A stretch of 64,000 nt of DNA from NCBI GenBank assembly GCA_030265395.1, contig JARFYF010000074.1, forward strand, positions 23,051,005 through 23,115,004, read 5' to 3'. Origin of the DNA: Rhina ancylostomus. Taxonomy: Eukaryota. Of the stretch, positions 22,571-33,330 are shown piece after piece. Below the pieces are notes generated by a model. It was not told the origin of the DNA. It saw only the letters and a program-made list of their open reading frames with translations, and made no database searches. A program made the position numbers and the translations under genes. Each line of letters starts with the position of its first letter. Positions within the stretch are counted from its first letter, which is position 1.

Positions 22571-25249
22571 TGAAAAGGCTTCACGTTGGATTTATCCATC
22601 ATTTTAGATCCATTGCTATAGAAATGAGCTTAAATGTTCTCAGTAATCCGTTCCTCTTTTTAACAGAAAAAGTTTATTTCAAATCATTCGTTGATTTGTT
22701 TTTTTTTCTGTACATTTTAAAGAATATATTGCTACTTGAATGTTAGTGGGGCCAGATGAAAACATTTAAGATATTTCTGAAGAACATCGAGCTCCTAGCT
22801 CAGAAGAAAATTTCCCATTCCTAGCACATTCTGCAATTGCACAGTGAACATGTACCACGCATACTTCTTAGGGATCGGAGCAAACAAAGCAACTTACAAC
22901 TTGTTCCAACTTCAAATGATGTTCCCACAATGGTGAATTCAAGTATGAAGAACACATGTAAGTACAGTGGGAGGAAAGGCCTTATGGCCTTTTGAGATGA
23001 ATCTCCACAGATTAAACTTCCTAGAAAACAAAACTCTGAAACTTCTGCCAACCTCAAAAATAATTGAGAAAATCTCCAGAATACCAAGCAAGAAGCCCTT
23101 TTCCCCTTTCACTTTGTTTTATTCAAGAAAAGTCTCTCACATTTTCCATTCCCACTCATCTCAATTTTAAGGAGAAGTCAATGCTCATCATTTTTTTGTA
23201 AACCAGCAATCACAGCGGAATTCCAAATCAAATTACTGCCATGTTTCAAAAGAAAAGATTCTCACTATAACTTGTATGTTTACACAGACAATTGACTGAT
23301 TATTTGGTGTACCTCAATGCTCAATAAAAAAAGGCTAGCTCTCCCCAAAATGTATAAATATGTAATTAATCAAGATCCTAAAATTGCATATAATCTTTTT
23401 TTTAGTGTGTTGTTTTGTCCCTCATTTCAAATTCTGCATAACATAGACTCCTGGGAAAACAGCTACACAATGTCAACTAAGTCCTTCAAAATAATAGTGA
23501 TACTGGAAGCTAGTGACATAGGAATCCTGTTGGCCCAATGTCCTCTGGAAAGTGATGGCTGCTCTGCAGCTGAGACCATAGAATTGCCAGTATGGGTCAA
23601 TTATTAAATGCTCTTTCTACCCATAAATTAAATTTTGACCTGTTTTCAGAAAATGTTCTTTTATTGGATCAATACAATTTTTCTTATTTTCCTTGCCAGC
23701 TGTGCCACAAGCTAATTTTAAAATGATGGAGAATCTTGTGCCAAATGGATCAGATTGGCAGAGATCTTATATTGAAAGCCTGTGCACAAAAGGAAAAAGA
23801 CAGAGATTCTCCTGAGGCATATTTCACACAGGAATCTCACAACACATTATTCTGTGTCAAGTGGAAACAGAGGAGTCAGATATGCCCTGTATGAAGTATC
23901 AGCAAAATACCCTAGTGGCCAACTTAGGACCAGTTGAAGATACCTAATTTCTTAGCCAAATGATGGTTTATGGTTTCAGGCAAGTGTGATTTTTGGACAA
24001 TGTTGGTAAAGAATAATAAACTGATATTGGCATTTGGTAGTGGTGCTCGTTAATGCTTTATGTGGTGCACAAGGTATCAGTTTTGGCTCAACTACAGTTT
24101 ACTCCCTTATTTATTTCAATCAGAAGGAGATCATTTAGCCCATTGGGTCCCTACCAGCTCCCAGTAAAGCAATCCCAGCAGTCCTATTCTCCTTGTTTAA
24201 TTTCTCTGTAACCCTATGACTGAAAGCAACATTGCTTCTTCAGAGTCAGAAAGTTGTGGGCTGTGTAACAAACTTGTTACGATGTAAGATTCAGATTCCT
24301 TAAGTGGGACAATCAACTTGAAGCAAAGGTTCAGGATAACTCCCCTTTACTTGGTTTCAGTACTGTTTCACTTCCATGTAGTCATTAACATAAGATATAG
24401 AGATATAAACCAGTGGTCAATTTGCCTGTAACCTGGTCCATTCTCCCATACCTTTAGTCTTCTATACCTTCACCAACCCAGAACAAGGGGTTAATTCAAC
24501 TCTTTCAAGCTGTTTTCCCTTCCTCTCTGCCTAATTGACCAAGTGGGCTGACTACAGTAAACTGTATAGGCAGTTAAGCCTTTTCATAGGTGGCTGATTG
24601 CCTGACTAGCCACATAATGGAATGGACAGTGTCTGATATTGTTAATCCATCAAATTTTGAGTCTGTCTGCATGTGGTTTTTAATCTATAGAAGTAGTTTG
24701 TTGAATTACAGTGGAAGTTGTGTCTCACAGTCAGGGAGAGGTTTGTTCTCTGAAGTTTGTTCTGACTCATGGGTCATGGGTTAATCCATTGCCACCTCAA
24801 AGAAATTTCTTCATAATGTTCAGTGCTCAGTTATTATCATATAAATGGTGCCTTAATGAGATGGATGCTTTAGAATTTCGTACATTAGCATTCTAAATAA
24901 CTGGCAAATGGTTTCACTCGAAAAAGGACCTTGATTTTCTAAGAGGTGATGGAATGGGCTTCGACCTTGTCATGGCACAGACGTTACCTGCTATGCTGAC
25001 TTGGAAATCATGTGAACAGTTTAACCCTGCAGTTCAATGGACAGGACAATCAATGAGTTTGAACAAACAAATATTATTGTATGGTCTAATTTAACAAAAC
25101 ATTATTTTGAGGGTCACAATGTAACTATAATTTGTGAGGTTACAAAGTTACACAGATACAATCTGGGATCTAAGAGTGAGATCAGATAATCCTTAAAACA
25201 CACCGGTTCAAATGGGTCCAGGTTAATTACTCATCACAGTCTCAGTGCA

Positions 25250-25535
25250 TGTATTGAAGAAGTATCTGTTTATCCCATTCAACTAAGTCCACTCATGGAT
25301 AGATTCCATAGCACTACCTTGTTTTTCTCAACAGTACCTTGGCCAATTCTGCAATCACCTAAAATAGATGACTTGGCCATTTATTTCTTTGCATTGTGTA
25401 GTATTTTGCTGTGTACACTTTGGTCACTGCATCCACCTTCATTACATTGAATGAACAGCCTTCAAAATTGGCTATAAAGTGCTTTGGCATGTTGTGAAAT
25501 AGAGAAATGTGCTGTGTAAATGCATGTCCTTTCCT
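25250..25535 (+). mobile_element. Deu-domain SINE body and tail
   Basis: 'gattccatagcacta..ccttggccaat..tcacctaaaatagatgacttggccatt..ttgctgtgtacac..attggctataaagtgctttggcatgttgtga..tgtgctgtgtaaatgcatgtcctttc'. Confidence 0.7.
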
Positions 25536-25632
25536 TATTACCCCCAGTAAGGTGTGATATTACATTCAGTACCATCCATCACAAAGGATGCTGTGGAGTC
25601 ATATGTGTAGGAACTTTTGCACAACCAGAACC

Positions 25633-25705
25633 TGTCACAATGTTGATCCGGAGCAAACTCACAGAGAACCCAAATGCAGCACACTGATACAAGACTGGAG
25701 TCAGG
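25633..25705. mobile_element. LTR fragment running into a gap, same family as 45765
   Basis: 'tgtcacaatgttgatccggagcaaactcacagagaacccaaatgcagcacactgatacaagactggagtcagg' is nearly identical to 45765-45833. Confidence 0.8.
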
Positions 25706-25804
25706 NNNNNNNNNNNNNNNNNNNNNNNNNNNNNNNNNNNNNNNNNNNNNNNNNNNNNNNNNNNNNNGAAAAGCAAAACAAAAATTCAGTTACTGGGAAA
25801 TAAA

Positions 25805-26582
25805 TTCAGAAAATGCAGGAAATATTCATCAGACCAGGCAACAGTTTTGAAAAGAGAAGCAGTATGTTCCATACTTTCATGCTGTAATGTGCTGAATAGT
25901 AATTAATGAACACACTGACACATATACTGGTTCTAGTCAGTTCTTCTCCATGAAACCGTAGGATTGCCATTAGTGTGATCCAACCAATGAAAGGTGACCA
26001 TAGTAAATGAAAATCATACCAGTGCTCCTGTATTCAGTCTGTAGAAGTGACCCTAAGCTCCAAGTTGCCTCCCACTTTAATTCACCACCCCACTCCCATC
26101 TGACCTTTTCGTCAGTGGCTTCCTGCATTTGGCCCAATACAAGCTTGAGGAACAACACCTCATTTTCTGTTTGGTCATGTTGCAGCCTTTGGTTTCAATT
26201 TTGAATTGTCCAATTTTAAATAACTCCCTCTTTCTTTCTGTCTGTATCAGAAGTGGTCATTTCTGCCTATAATAATTTTGGCTCAGTTTTTCTTGGTCTA
26301 TTCATATAGTCTAGTCTGCTGGGCATATTCCACAACTTCATTATTAACAAGACTTTACACAGATAAAGAAACATAATGTGTGTGTAACTGCTCCATTAAT
26401 CCATTTGTTCTTACCCTATTAGAGATATTTCCTTTGTTTTACTCATCTTCCCGACTTCTCAGCTACTGAACTATGTGTTTTTCTCTCTGACAAAGGATCC
26501 TGGATGTGAAACATTAATCATCTATCTTTCCATAGATGCTGCCTGACCTACTGAGTGTTTCCAGCATTTTCTGTTTTTGTTA
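25805..26582 (+). mobile_element. Penelope-like element: inverted terminal piece, GIY-YIG endonuclease C-terminus, 3' terminal repeat
   Basis: Peptides DPKLQVASHFNSPPHSH and KLEEQHLIFCL (26049-26172). 3' end 'ctgacaaaggatcctggatgtgaaacattaa..cagatgctgcctgacctactgag' family motif. Inverted copy at 25805-25870. Confidence 0.85.
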
Positions 26583-27625
26583 ATGATAGGTAACAACTTT
26601 CTATCAACAGTGTTGCACTAAAGCTACAAGGTACTAATTCCTGTCTGATATATGAACGATCGCAATCTTGTGCACAAGCAATAAAAAAAGGAACCTTGTG
26701 AGTAACCAGTGTTCTGTGATGCAATAATTTAGTCAGTTTACTGCCTTGCATGACTGAAATTTGAAGCAATTTTAGCCAAGAAATTACAGGATGCAATATT
26801 AATAAACAAATCTGTAATGTATTGTGGTTGCTGTCAGTTAAATGTTTAACTGTTGGACAAGGAAGTGTCTTAGGAATAAATCTGACATTTGTACAATCAT
26901 AGCTCATACAGCAATCTGCTCTCAGGTTTGAAGCAATAAATTGTATCCCTGATGACCCAGTAAAACCTACCTTAGGGCCACTCAAGGCATCCAAGTCAGC
27001 CAATCCTACTCTGGGCCAACTGGCAAACTGCATCAGCTTCTGATTGGCAGCAGATGATAGTCTCATGATAAAGATGCCCACGGATCAATTTCAAGCAATC
27101 CTCTGGCCAGCTGGTCAGGCACTGATTAACTTCTGCCTCACTGAGTCTGTAAATAACAAAGAAATCATTGATTATTAAATCGCCCTCTGAGCTGTTGGTT
27201 AATATATCTGGAGCAACCTTCAACTCAATTTCACCAGGAACTTGTCAATGCAGTTCTAGAAATAAACCATATAGTACAAATCAGTATTCACTTCCAAAAT
27301 CCTATTACCAATCCAGAATAGTCTGCGATATCCATTATTTTTTAACAACTTTTGACATGGATCCAAACAGATATCTTCCGATATCAGATAGCCAGATATC
27401 TTCATAAGTGTTTTCAGAAGAATTAAGTTATAAAAGTTTAAGTTATATGTTCGGCTTTAATTGTAACCATTGTTTTAATATGTGTTGCCAAAATGGGTAT
27501 AATGAATTATAGGCTCTATACCTATTCATATAGGTTATGAATTTCATTCCATATAATGCAAGCAAAAAGGTACATCCCTATAAGGCATCTGCAAAATTCC
27601 AACAGCCACATACTAATACCTAGCT

Positions 27626-27757
27626 GTAACCATGGTAATGTGCCAATCACCACTGCAAAGTCTCTGTTGCATAAGTAACGCAGCTAGGCTGAAATTTATC
27701 ATGCATTCTCAACATTGTCTCAGCATCTGCAAACATCCTATCTGTCACCATGGTTAC
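27626..27757. promoter_or_regulatory. Pair of RFX X-box-like palindromes with adjacent CCAAT
   Basis: GTAACCATGGTAAT 27626-27639, CCAAT 27643-27647, GTCACCATGGTTAC 27744-27757, in sequence not recognised as repeat. Confidence 0.4.
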
Positions 27758-28542
27758 TGTGCTATGAGCTGTTGGTACTCCACGATGTAGAAAGTAAAAT
27801 ATCACTATACTGTTCCAAAGCTCTAAGACAAAAAACACAATTTTATTTTAATTTTGAACAAAACAATATCAAACTTTAATGCATAAACACGTAACAAAAA
27901 TAATGAAGCAAGAGAATGTGTATTTTAAATTCAAGCTATCTGTGCCATGAGTCTTTGCTGCTCTAACATTATACTCATGTCTTCCTTGTTCATGGAATAA
28001 ACATTCAACAACTTCTCCTACTGCACTGCTGCATCACAATTCTGTAAGCACTGTGTGCAAGCAGTCATGGGTAGCGCTGGAATGCAGAAATTATCATTCA
28101 TGTATTGTAATAAGCCCAACAGAAATGTTATAATACAATTTCAATCAACTGGGTGGATGCTGGTTTCTAGAGCTATTGCAAAACGGGTGGGCTCTGACCA
28201 ACTTACCTGAAAGATATAAATAATGNNNNNNNNNNNNNNNNNNNNNNNNNNNNNNNNNNNNNNNNNNNNNNNNNNNNNNNNNNNNNNNNNNNNNNNNNNN
28301 NNNNNNNNNNNNNNNNNNNNNNNNNTAAATACTGCCTGAACCCATCTTTGTGGATATAAGGAACAGATTCTGAACCCATCCAGTTAATGGCCTGTTGACC
28401 AAGTTCTTTTCAAATTAACTATTAAATGCTTCATCTTGTCAGGGTGAGAAGAAAGTTATAAATATGTATCTGCAACACATAACAAATATATGGATAAAAC
28501 ATAAATAAGGTAGGTACCAATCCAAACTGAACTGCAAGTAAG

Positions 28543-28808
28543 TCACCTTCCAGCCTCTAACTCTGTCTCCTCCCTACTTTGCTCCACCATTGCCCTCCTC
28601 ACCTGGTTCCACTTGTTGCTTGCCAGCTCCTGCCTCACCCTTTCTCTCACCTCTTTATACTGGGTATCTCCACTCTGCACTTTCAGTCCTGATGCAGGGT
28701 CTTGACCCAAAATGTCAACAATCTCTCTGCCTCCACAGATGCTGCCTGACCCGCTGGGTTCCTCCAGCAGTTTGGTTTTCACTCCAACATCTGCTGTCTT
28801 TTGAGTCT
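28543..28808 (+). mobile_element. Penelope-like element 3' terminal repeat
   Basis: Pyrimidine-rich UTR, then 'cagtcctgatgcagggtcttgacccaaaatgtcaac..ccacagatgctgcctgacccgctgggttcctccagcag'. Homologous to 61380-61545. Confidence 0.9.
28684..28721 (+). ncRNA. CpG-decayed minimal type-I hammerhead ribozyme motif
   Basis: CAGTC-CTGATGC-A-GGGTC-TT-GACCC-AAAA-TG-TC-AACAA. Stem II is a perfect 5 bp. GAAA>AAAA, CG>TG and GAC>AAC all fit CpG deamination of 'cccgaaacgtcgac'. Confidence 0.65.
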
Positions 28809-31800
28809 GCAAGTATTTACATATACTGTAGCTCCTATTGGATTTGAGAGATATTGGATCAGGCAGGATATCCCTTACTGGAGACATATTCAGGATAATC
28901 ACACTTAGCAATATGCTATATTTCCCATTAATGAACATAATGCCAGCTCTACATCCAATAGCTGGAGGGAAACCCAATGCAGTATATTGAGTCATCCATG
29001 TCTCCTCCTTGTAGAACCTCAGCTAACAGTTTGCCTGAAATTCATTTATGCATTGACATATAAACACAAACCCCCTTGGTCAGTTTGCTTAATATACATC
29101 TGTGGGATGTCAATGTACACAGTGTGAACATAACGTAAACTGACTGAGCCTGACAAGTAAAACAAAAAAGCTGTGAGAAATGGATAATCGGGCACATCAA
29201 AGTAAACAGTCGTTCATGTACTGCTTAGAATATGCATGAGTCACTTTTATAAAACAACTGGTCATGGCTGAATAGAGTGGACTGCCTGATTACATTAATA
29301 ACATGGAACTTCATTTGAGGATGTTTAAGGGCTGAAGAGAAATTGCACAGAGTCTTTCTTGATGCAGAGCTTTGCATATGATTATCAGCTTGCAGTAATG
29401 GAAGAAATTGAAACTATTCCATGATAGGGCAAACTCTACATGGTCCATGGAGACAACAGGTTTGAGTGGTCCAATGGATTTTTAAATTACATGTTTTATA
29501 TTTTTGAGTGTTTGACCGCATTGCAAGATCATAAAGATATTCACACTGGGTAATTCAAGAAAAAAAATGATGGTCTTTCAGTTGATATCAAAACATCTTT
29601 GCAAATTTAAAGATCTCTCAGCAACAAAAAGATGCGTTAATTATTTGCTTTCATGGTGAAGACCAGAACTTTAGAAAGAGCAGGAGATATATGTTAAACT
29701 TCATTTGCAACCATAAACAATCCCTTAGTGGTCTGTTCCAGCCCAGGGTGTTCATGTGCAAAATGCAATAAGAATATTAAGGATCCAATGCACTCAAGCT
29801 GCCAACTCTTTCTCATGATTATAGATATATAAGCCTTGCCCTTGGCATTCTTTTATGCTCCCAGGATATGCAATAGGTTTATTTAATTTTGTAAATGCAC
29901 AGTTGGGGATCTTTAATAGGCAGCATTTGGAATACAATATGATGATTCTTGCAAGTACTGCTAAAGGAAGAGTGCTCCAATGACTCATTTCTTCACAAAG
30001 GGATTTAAAAGCTTTTAAATATTTGATAGATTAGAAGTGATAAAAATTCTGGAATATTTTAAAATATTTTTGCCCATTTATGAATGAAACAAGTGCAATC
30101 ATTTACATTACATTGGAAGCAATAATACACAGATTGGAATTAATAATCTTTATGACAAATGATAGTGCTGAAGCACTTCATAAGTAATCAGAAGGTTGTG
30201 TCTGACTGCATTCTGAGCTCACCAGATTTTTTTGTTTAAGATGGGGTAGGGCAGCAAATTAGAGTCTCAAAGTATAATACGTCTACTGTATATGTATGAG
30301 ATGTACTGCATGACCAAATAGTTGGCATGGTGAATCACAGCAATGTTGCTGAGCAGAATCACCAAACTTTAATCAGACACATCTTACAAAGGAGAGAGTG
30401 CAAAAGGCAGAACCAGCCTTGGGTTGTTTTCAGTGTCTGTGAACTGCTTTCAGAATGAAATCAGAAGAGCTTGGAAAAGATCACTTGTCCACCTTATTGG
30501 CTGTGAACAGTAAGTGACTGACAAAAACGCAAATAGAGAGAGAAAAATAAACTGGGCATTGAACAACTGAAACAAATACTGAAACGTGTAGAACTTCAAT
30601 CAGCTCCTGAACATTAAAAGGTGGATTAACATTTTGGATGTGATTCGTCATTAAAATCAAAGTAACAGAATGCATTATTGTTGATCCACATCCAAAAGGG
30701 GAAAGCAGTTCAAGACTCGCAATGCCTATCTTAATTTCCCACAGTAACTATCCTTATGGATAATCTGTGTCATGTTTAAACTAAAATATTGTCAGTGGAA
30801 TACAACTAGACCAAGTGAAAATTATAACTTGAGCCAGCCTTGAATACTTTTGCTTGTAATCAAAGTTCGATGCCCTGGAATTTTGATTGGTTTCTTGAAA
30901 TCCAGAGAAACATTCATGGAATGAAAATTATGATGATTGACCCCAGTGAATTTTGTTTGCACTATATCAACACAAATATAAAACTATTTAAATTCAATAC
31001 CAATTAAAGTCAAAGTTAATTACAATTATTTTCCACAGAACGGAAATCATAATGAATATAAATTCAGAACAATGAAATTTACTTGTGAGGTAAGGAAGAC
31101 CATCACTGGCAAATGTATCAACTAGGAATTCAATCCACCAACTAATAGAATCAACCATGCTAAAACCTATCTTTTATCTTAAAGGAAACCTGATGAGCCT
31201 ACCTGAAGAACTCCCATGAGTTTGGATTCCACATACCTGGTCAGTTTATTTAATCAGTTTGTCCAGTTGCTAAAGAGGCGGAATTGCTGGAGAATTAATG
31301 ACAAATCGCTGACCTATATGCTGATTTGTAAACTTGGGAGTATTTACTTAGCAAGAAATTTGTCTCTATCCAGAATTTCAGTAGCAGGATGTCATGTGCT
31401 GACTCTACAATATTATTCAGCATTATCAACCAGGATGAGTTTCTAGGCAACAATGTTTGTGAAATGTTTGAAAACAATTGAAACACTTCTTTGATTAGGG
31501 AAAGAAGGATAGAAAAGTATTTTGTCACTTCTTTCATGATTACAGAAAATTTCAAGAAATCAATGATGTATAGCAATATCAGTCTGATGATATTGTGCAC
31601 AGATAAGAGGTTTGCCAAATAATTCTTCATTTGGAAAATGATCTTTAAAATCAAGAGAGTCATGTGAAAGCCCAAGAAAGGTAATTCTCCAATATATTTG
31701 ATGTCTGTGAACAGGGGCAATGATTAGTTTGTTCTTAGTCTCACCTTATGATACCATGCTTTCTGAAATGTTGAAGCTTCTTAACAATAACTGGAACAGC

Positions 31801-32519
31801 CTCTCAACTTCATATGAATCCATTTTATTAATGTTGATTTTCCTACTAATTAAAAATTTCTCAGAGCCGTAGTTGTTATTTATCTGCATCTGATTGCCTG
31901 GCAGAGAAATAAAATGAACCATATTTTAAAATCATATAAATTCTGTAATATCAGTTGCAGATTCTGTTTTGAGAATCTGATACCTTCAATGGACTGATTA
32001 ATATTTTTAAGACAAGCAATTTACATTTACAGTATTGACAAGATTCAGATTGTTTCAAAACATTTAAAAAGTGCAAAACATATATGAAAATGTTTGACTG
32101 AGGGATTCTTCAGTTCTTCCAATTGTCTGATAAATTGCCTGATTTATTTAACATATTTGGAAATGGAAAACTGGTAGAAGACAAAGTGATCATTAAAAAA
32201 CAAAGCAGTGATCTCAACTTAAGGTTGGAAGAAGTGTAATTATTTACACTCCTGATGTAGAAGGAACAGTTGAAACCTTGCTCTGTTAACTGTAGACACT
32301 GAACACTTTGTATTAGAATTTGAAACAAGGATTGTGACTCTTAGATTTCAGTATTTCATTTAATTGAAGTGCCATTAAGTCCTCACAGAATTGTTTACCT
32401 TTACTATCTAGTCAGCAAAATTTAAAGTGTCAAGCCTTATGTTCGACATGATGCACTGACGTCTATGCCACACTGCCGCACAGCAGATTTTACTGGCAAG
32501 CATTAACGACTGCCTGGAA

Positions 32520-32703
32520 AACACTTGAACTCTTGAATTCTGATCTCCCAATCTACCTTGTCATGATCCTTGCACTTTATTTGTATACTTGCACCTCACT
32601 TTCTCTGTAACTGCAGCATTATATTCTGCATTCTGCTTTCCTTTTTACTACCTCAATGTGCTTATGTACGGCAAAGTCTGCCTGGATGGCACGCCAACAA
32701 AAG
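32520..32703 (+). mobile_element. Rex1-like LINE 3' UTR fragment
   Basis: 'ccttgcactttatttg..tgcacctcactttctctgtaactg..tattctgcattctg..ctgcctggatggcacgc..aacaaaag' resembles elasmobranch Rex1-type UTRs (recalled). Confidence 0.55.
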
Positions 32704-32719
32704 AATGGACTGAGGAAAT

Positions 32720-33058
32720 GATTCAGGAATTTTCTCAAAGCCTTCTTAAAGGAATGCATCACTCACTGACTGTTGGGAATCACTGGTTCATTGCCACTCA
32801 AAGTGAAGAAGGACTATTTTGTATTGACAGTCTTGAGTCCATGCTTTAGGAGTACACAAAGGCCCTGCACAGATGGCAAAAAGAGAGCACCACCTCACAA
32901 AGTTGCTACCGGGTTGATCTGTCTGGCACCTCACGCCCATGTGTGGTAAAGGCTTCTGTTTCCACATTGATCTCATCAGTTATCTCAGAATCCACAAAAC
33001 CAGAGAGGAAACAAGTCATTCTTGATCCTAGGGGACATCTAATGAAGAGAAGAAGACA
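32720..33058 (+). mobile_element. RTE-clade LINE 3' end
   Basis: Translates CGKGFCFHIDLISYLRIH, a decayed C-terminal CxxC..H..H motif of RTE ORFs. Followed by 'aagtcattcttgatcctagggga' and a GAA-rich tail. Confidence 0.75.
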
Positions 33059-33099
33059 TTTCCCAGAAAGAGCATTGTGACAAAGCATGGTTTACTTGT

Positions 33100-33330
33100 T
33101 TTATATCATGTTGGCTGTGGGAAAATATTTGTAAGGATACTGCTCTTTTTCAAAAGGTGGTCATGGGAATTTTTATGATCAGCTGAGAAAGCACGTCAGG
33201 CCTTGGTGTAACACCTCATTGAAAGATCTCACCTTCAATGATGCACCACTGAGATGGAGTATCAGCCATGTTCTTATGCTCAAGTACCTGGGGGGCGATC
33301 TGAACCTTCCAACTCAGACATACTGATAAT
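33100..33330 (-). mobile_element. Deu-domain SINE (SacSINE1/AmnSINE1-related)
   Basis: 'tgctctttttcaaaaggtggtcatgggaatttttatgatcagctgaga..ggccttggtgtaacacctcattgaaaga..caccttcaatgatgcacca..tgctcaagt' matches the recalled reverse Deu domain and tRNA head. Confidence 0.75.

Noticed and set aside
26548-27081. 177-aa minus-strand ORF
   Set aside because: No recognisable domain or exon boundaries, and it ends inside a PLE terminal repeat.
31189-31215. Other CTGATGA occurrences (also ~26949, 44275, 57100) as hammerheads or C/D snoRNAs
   Set aside because: No stem II followed by GAAA, and no suitably placed terminal stem with C and D boxes.
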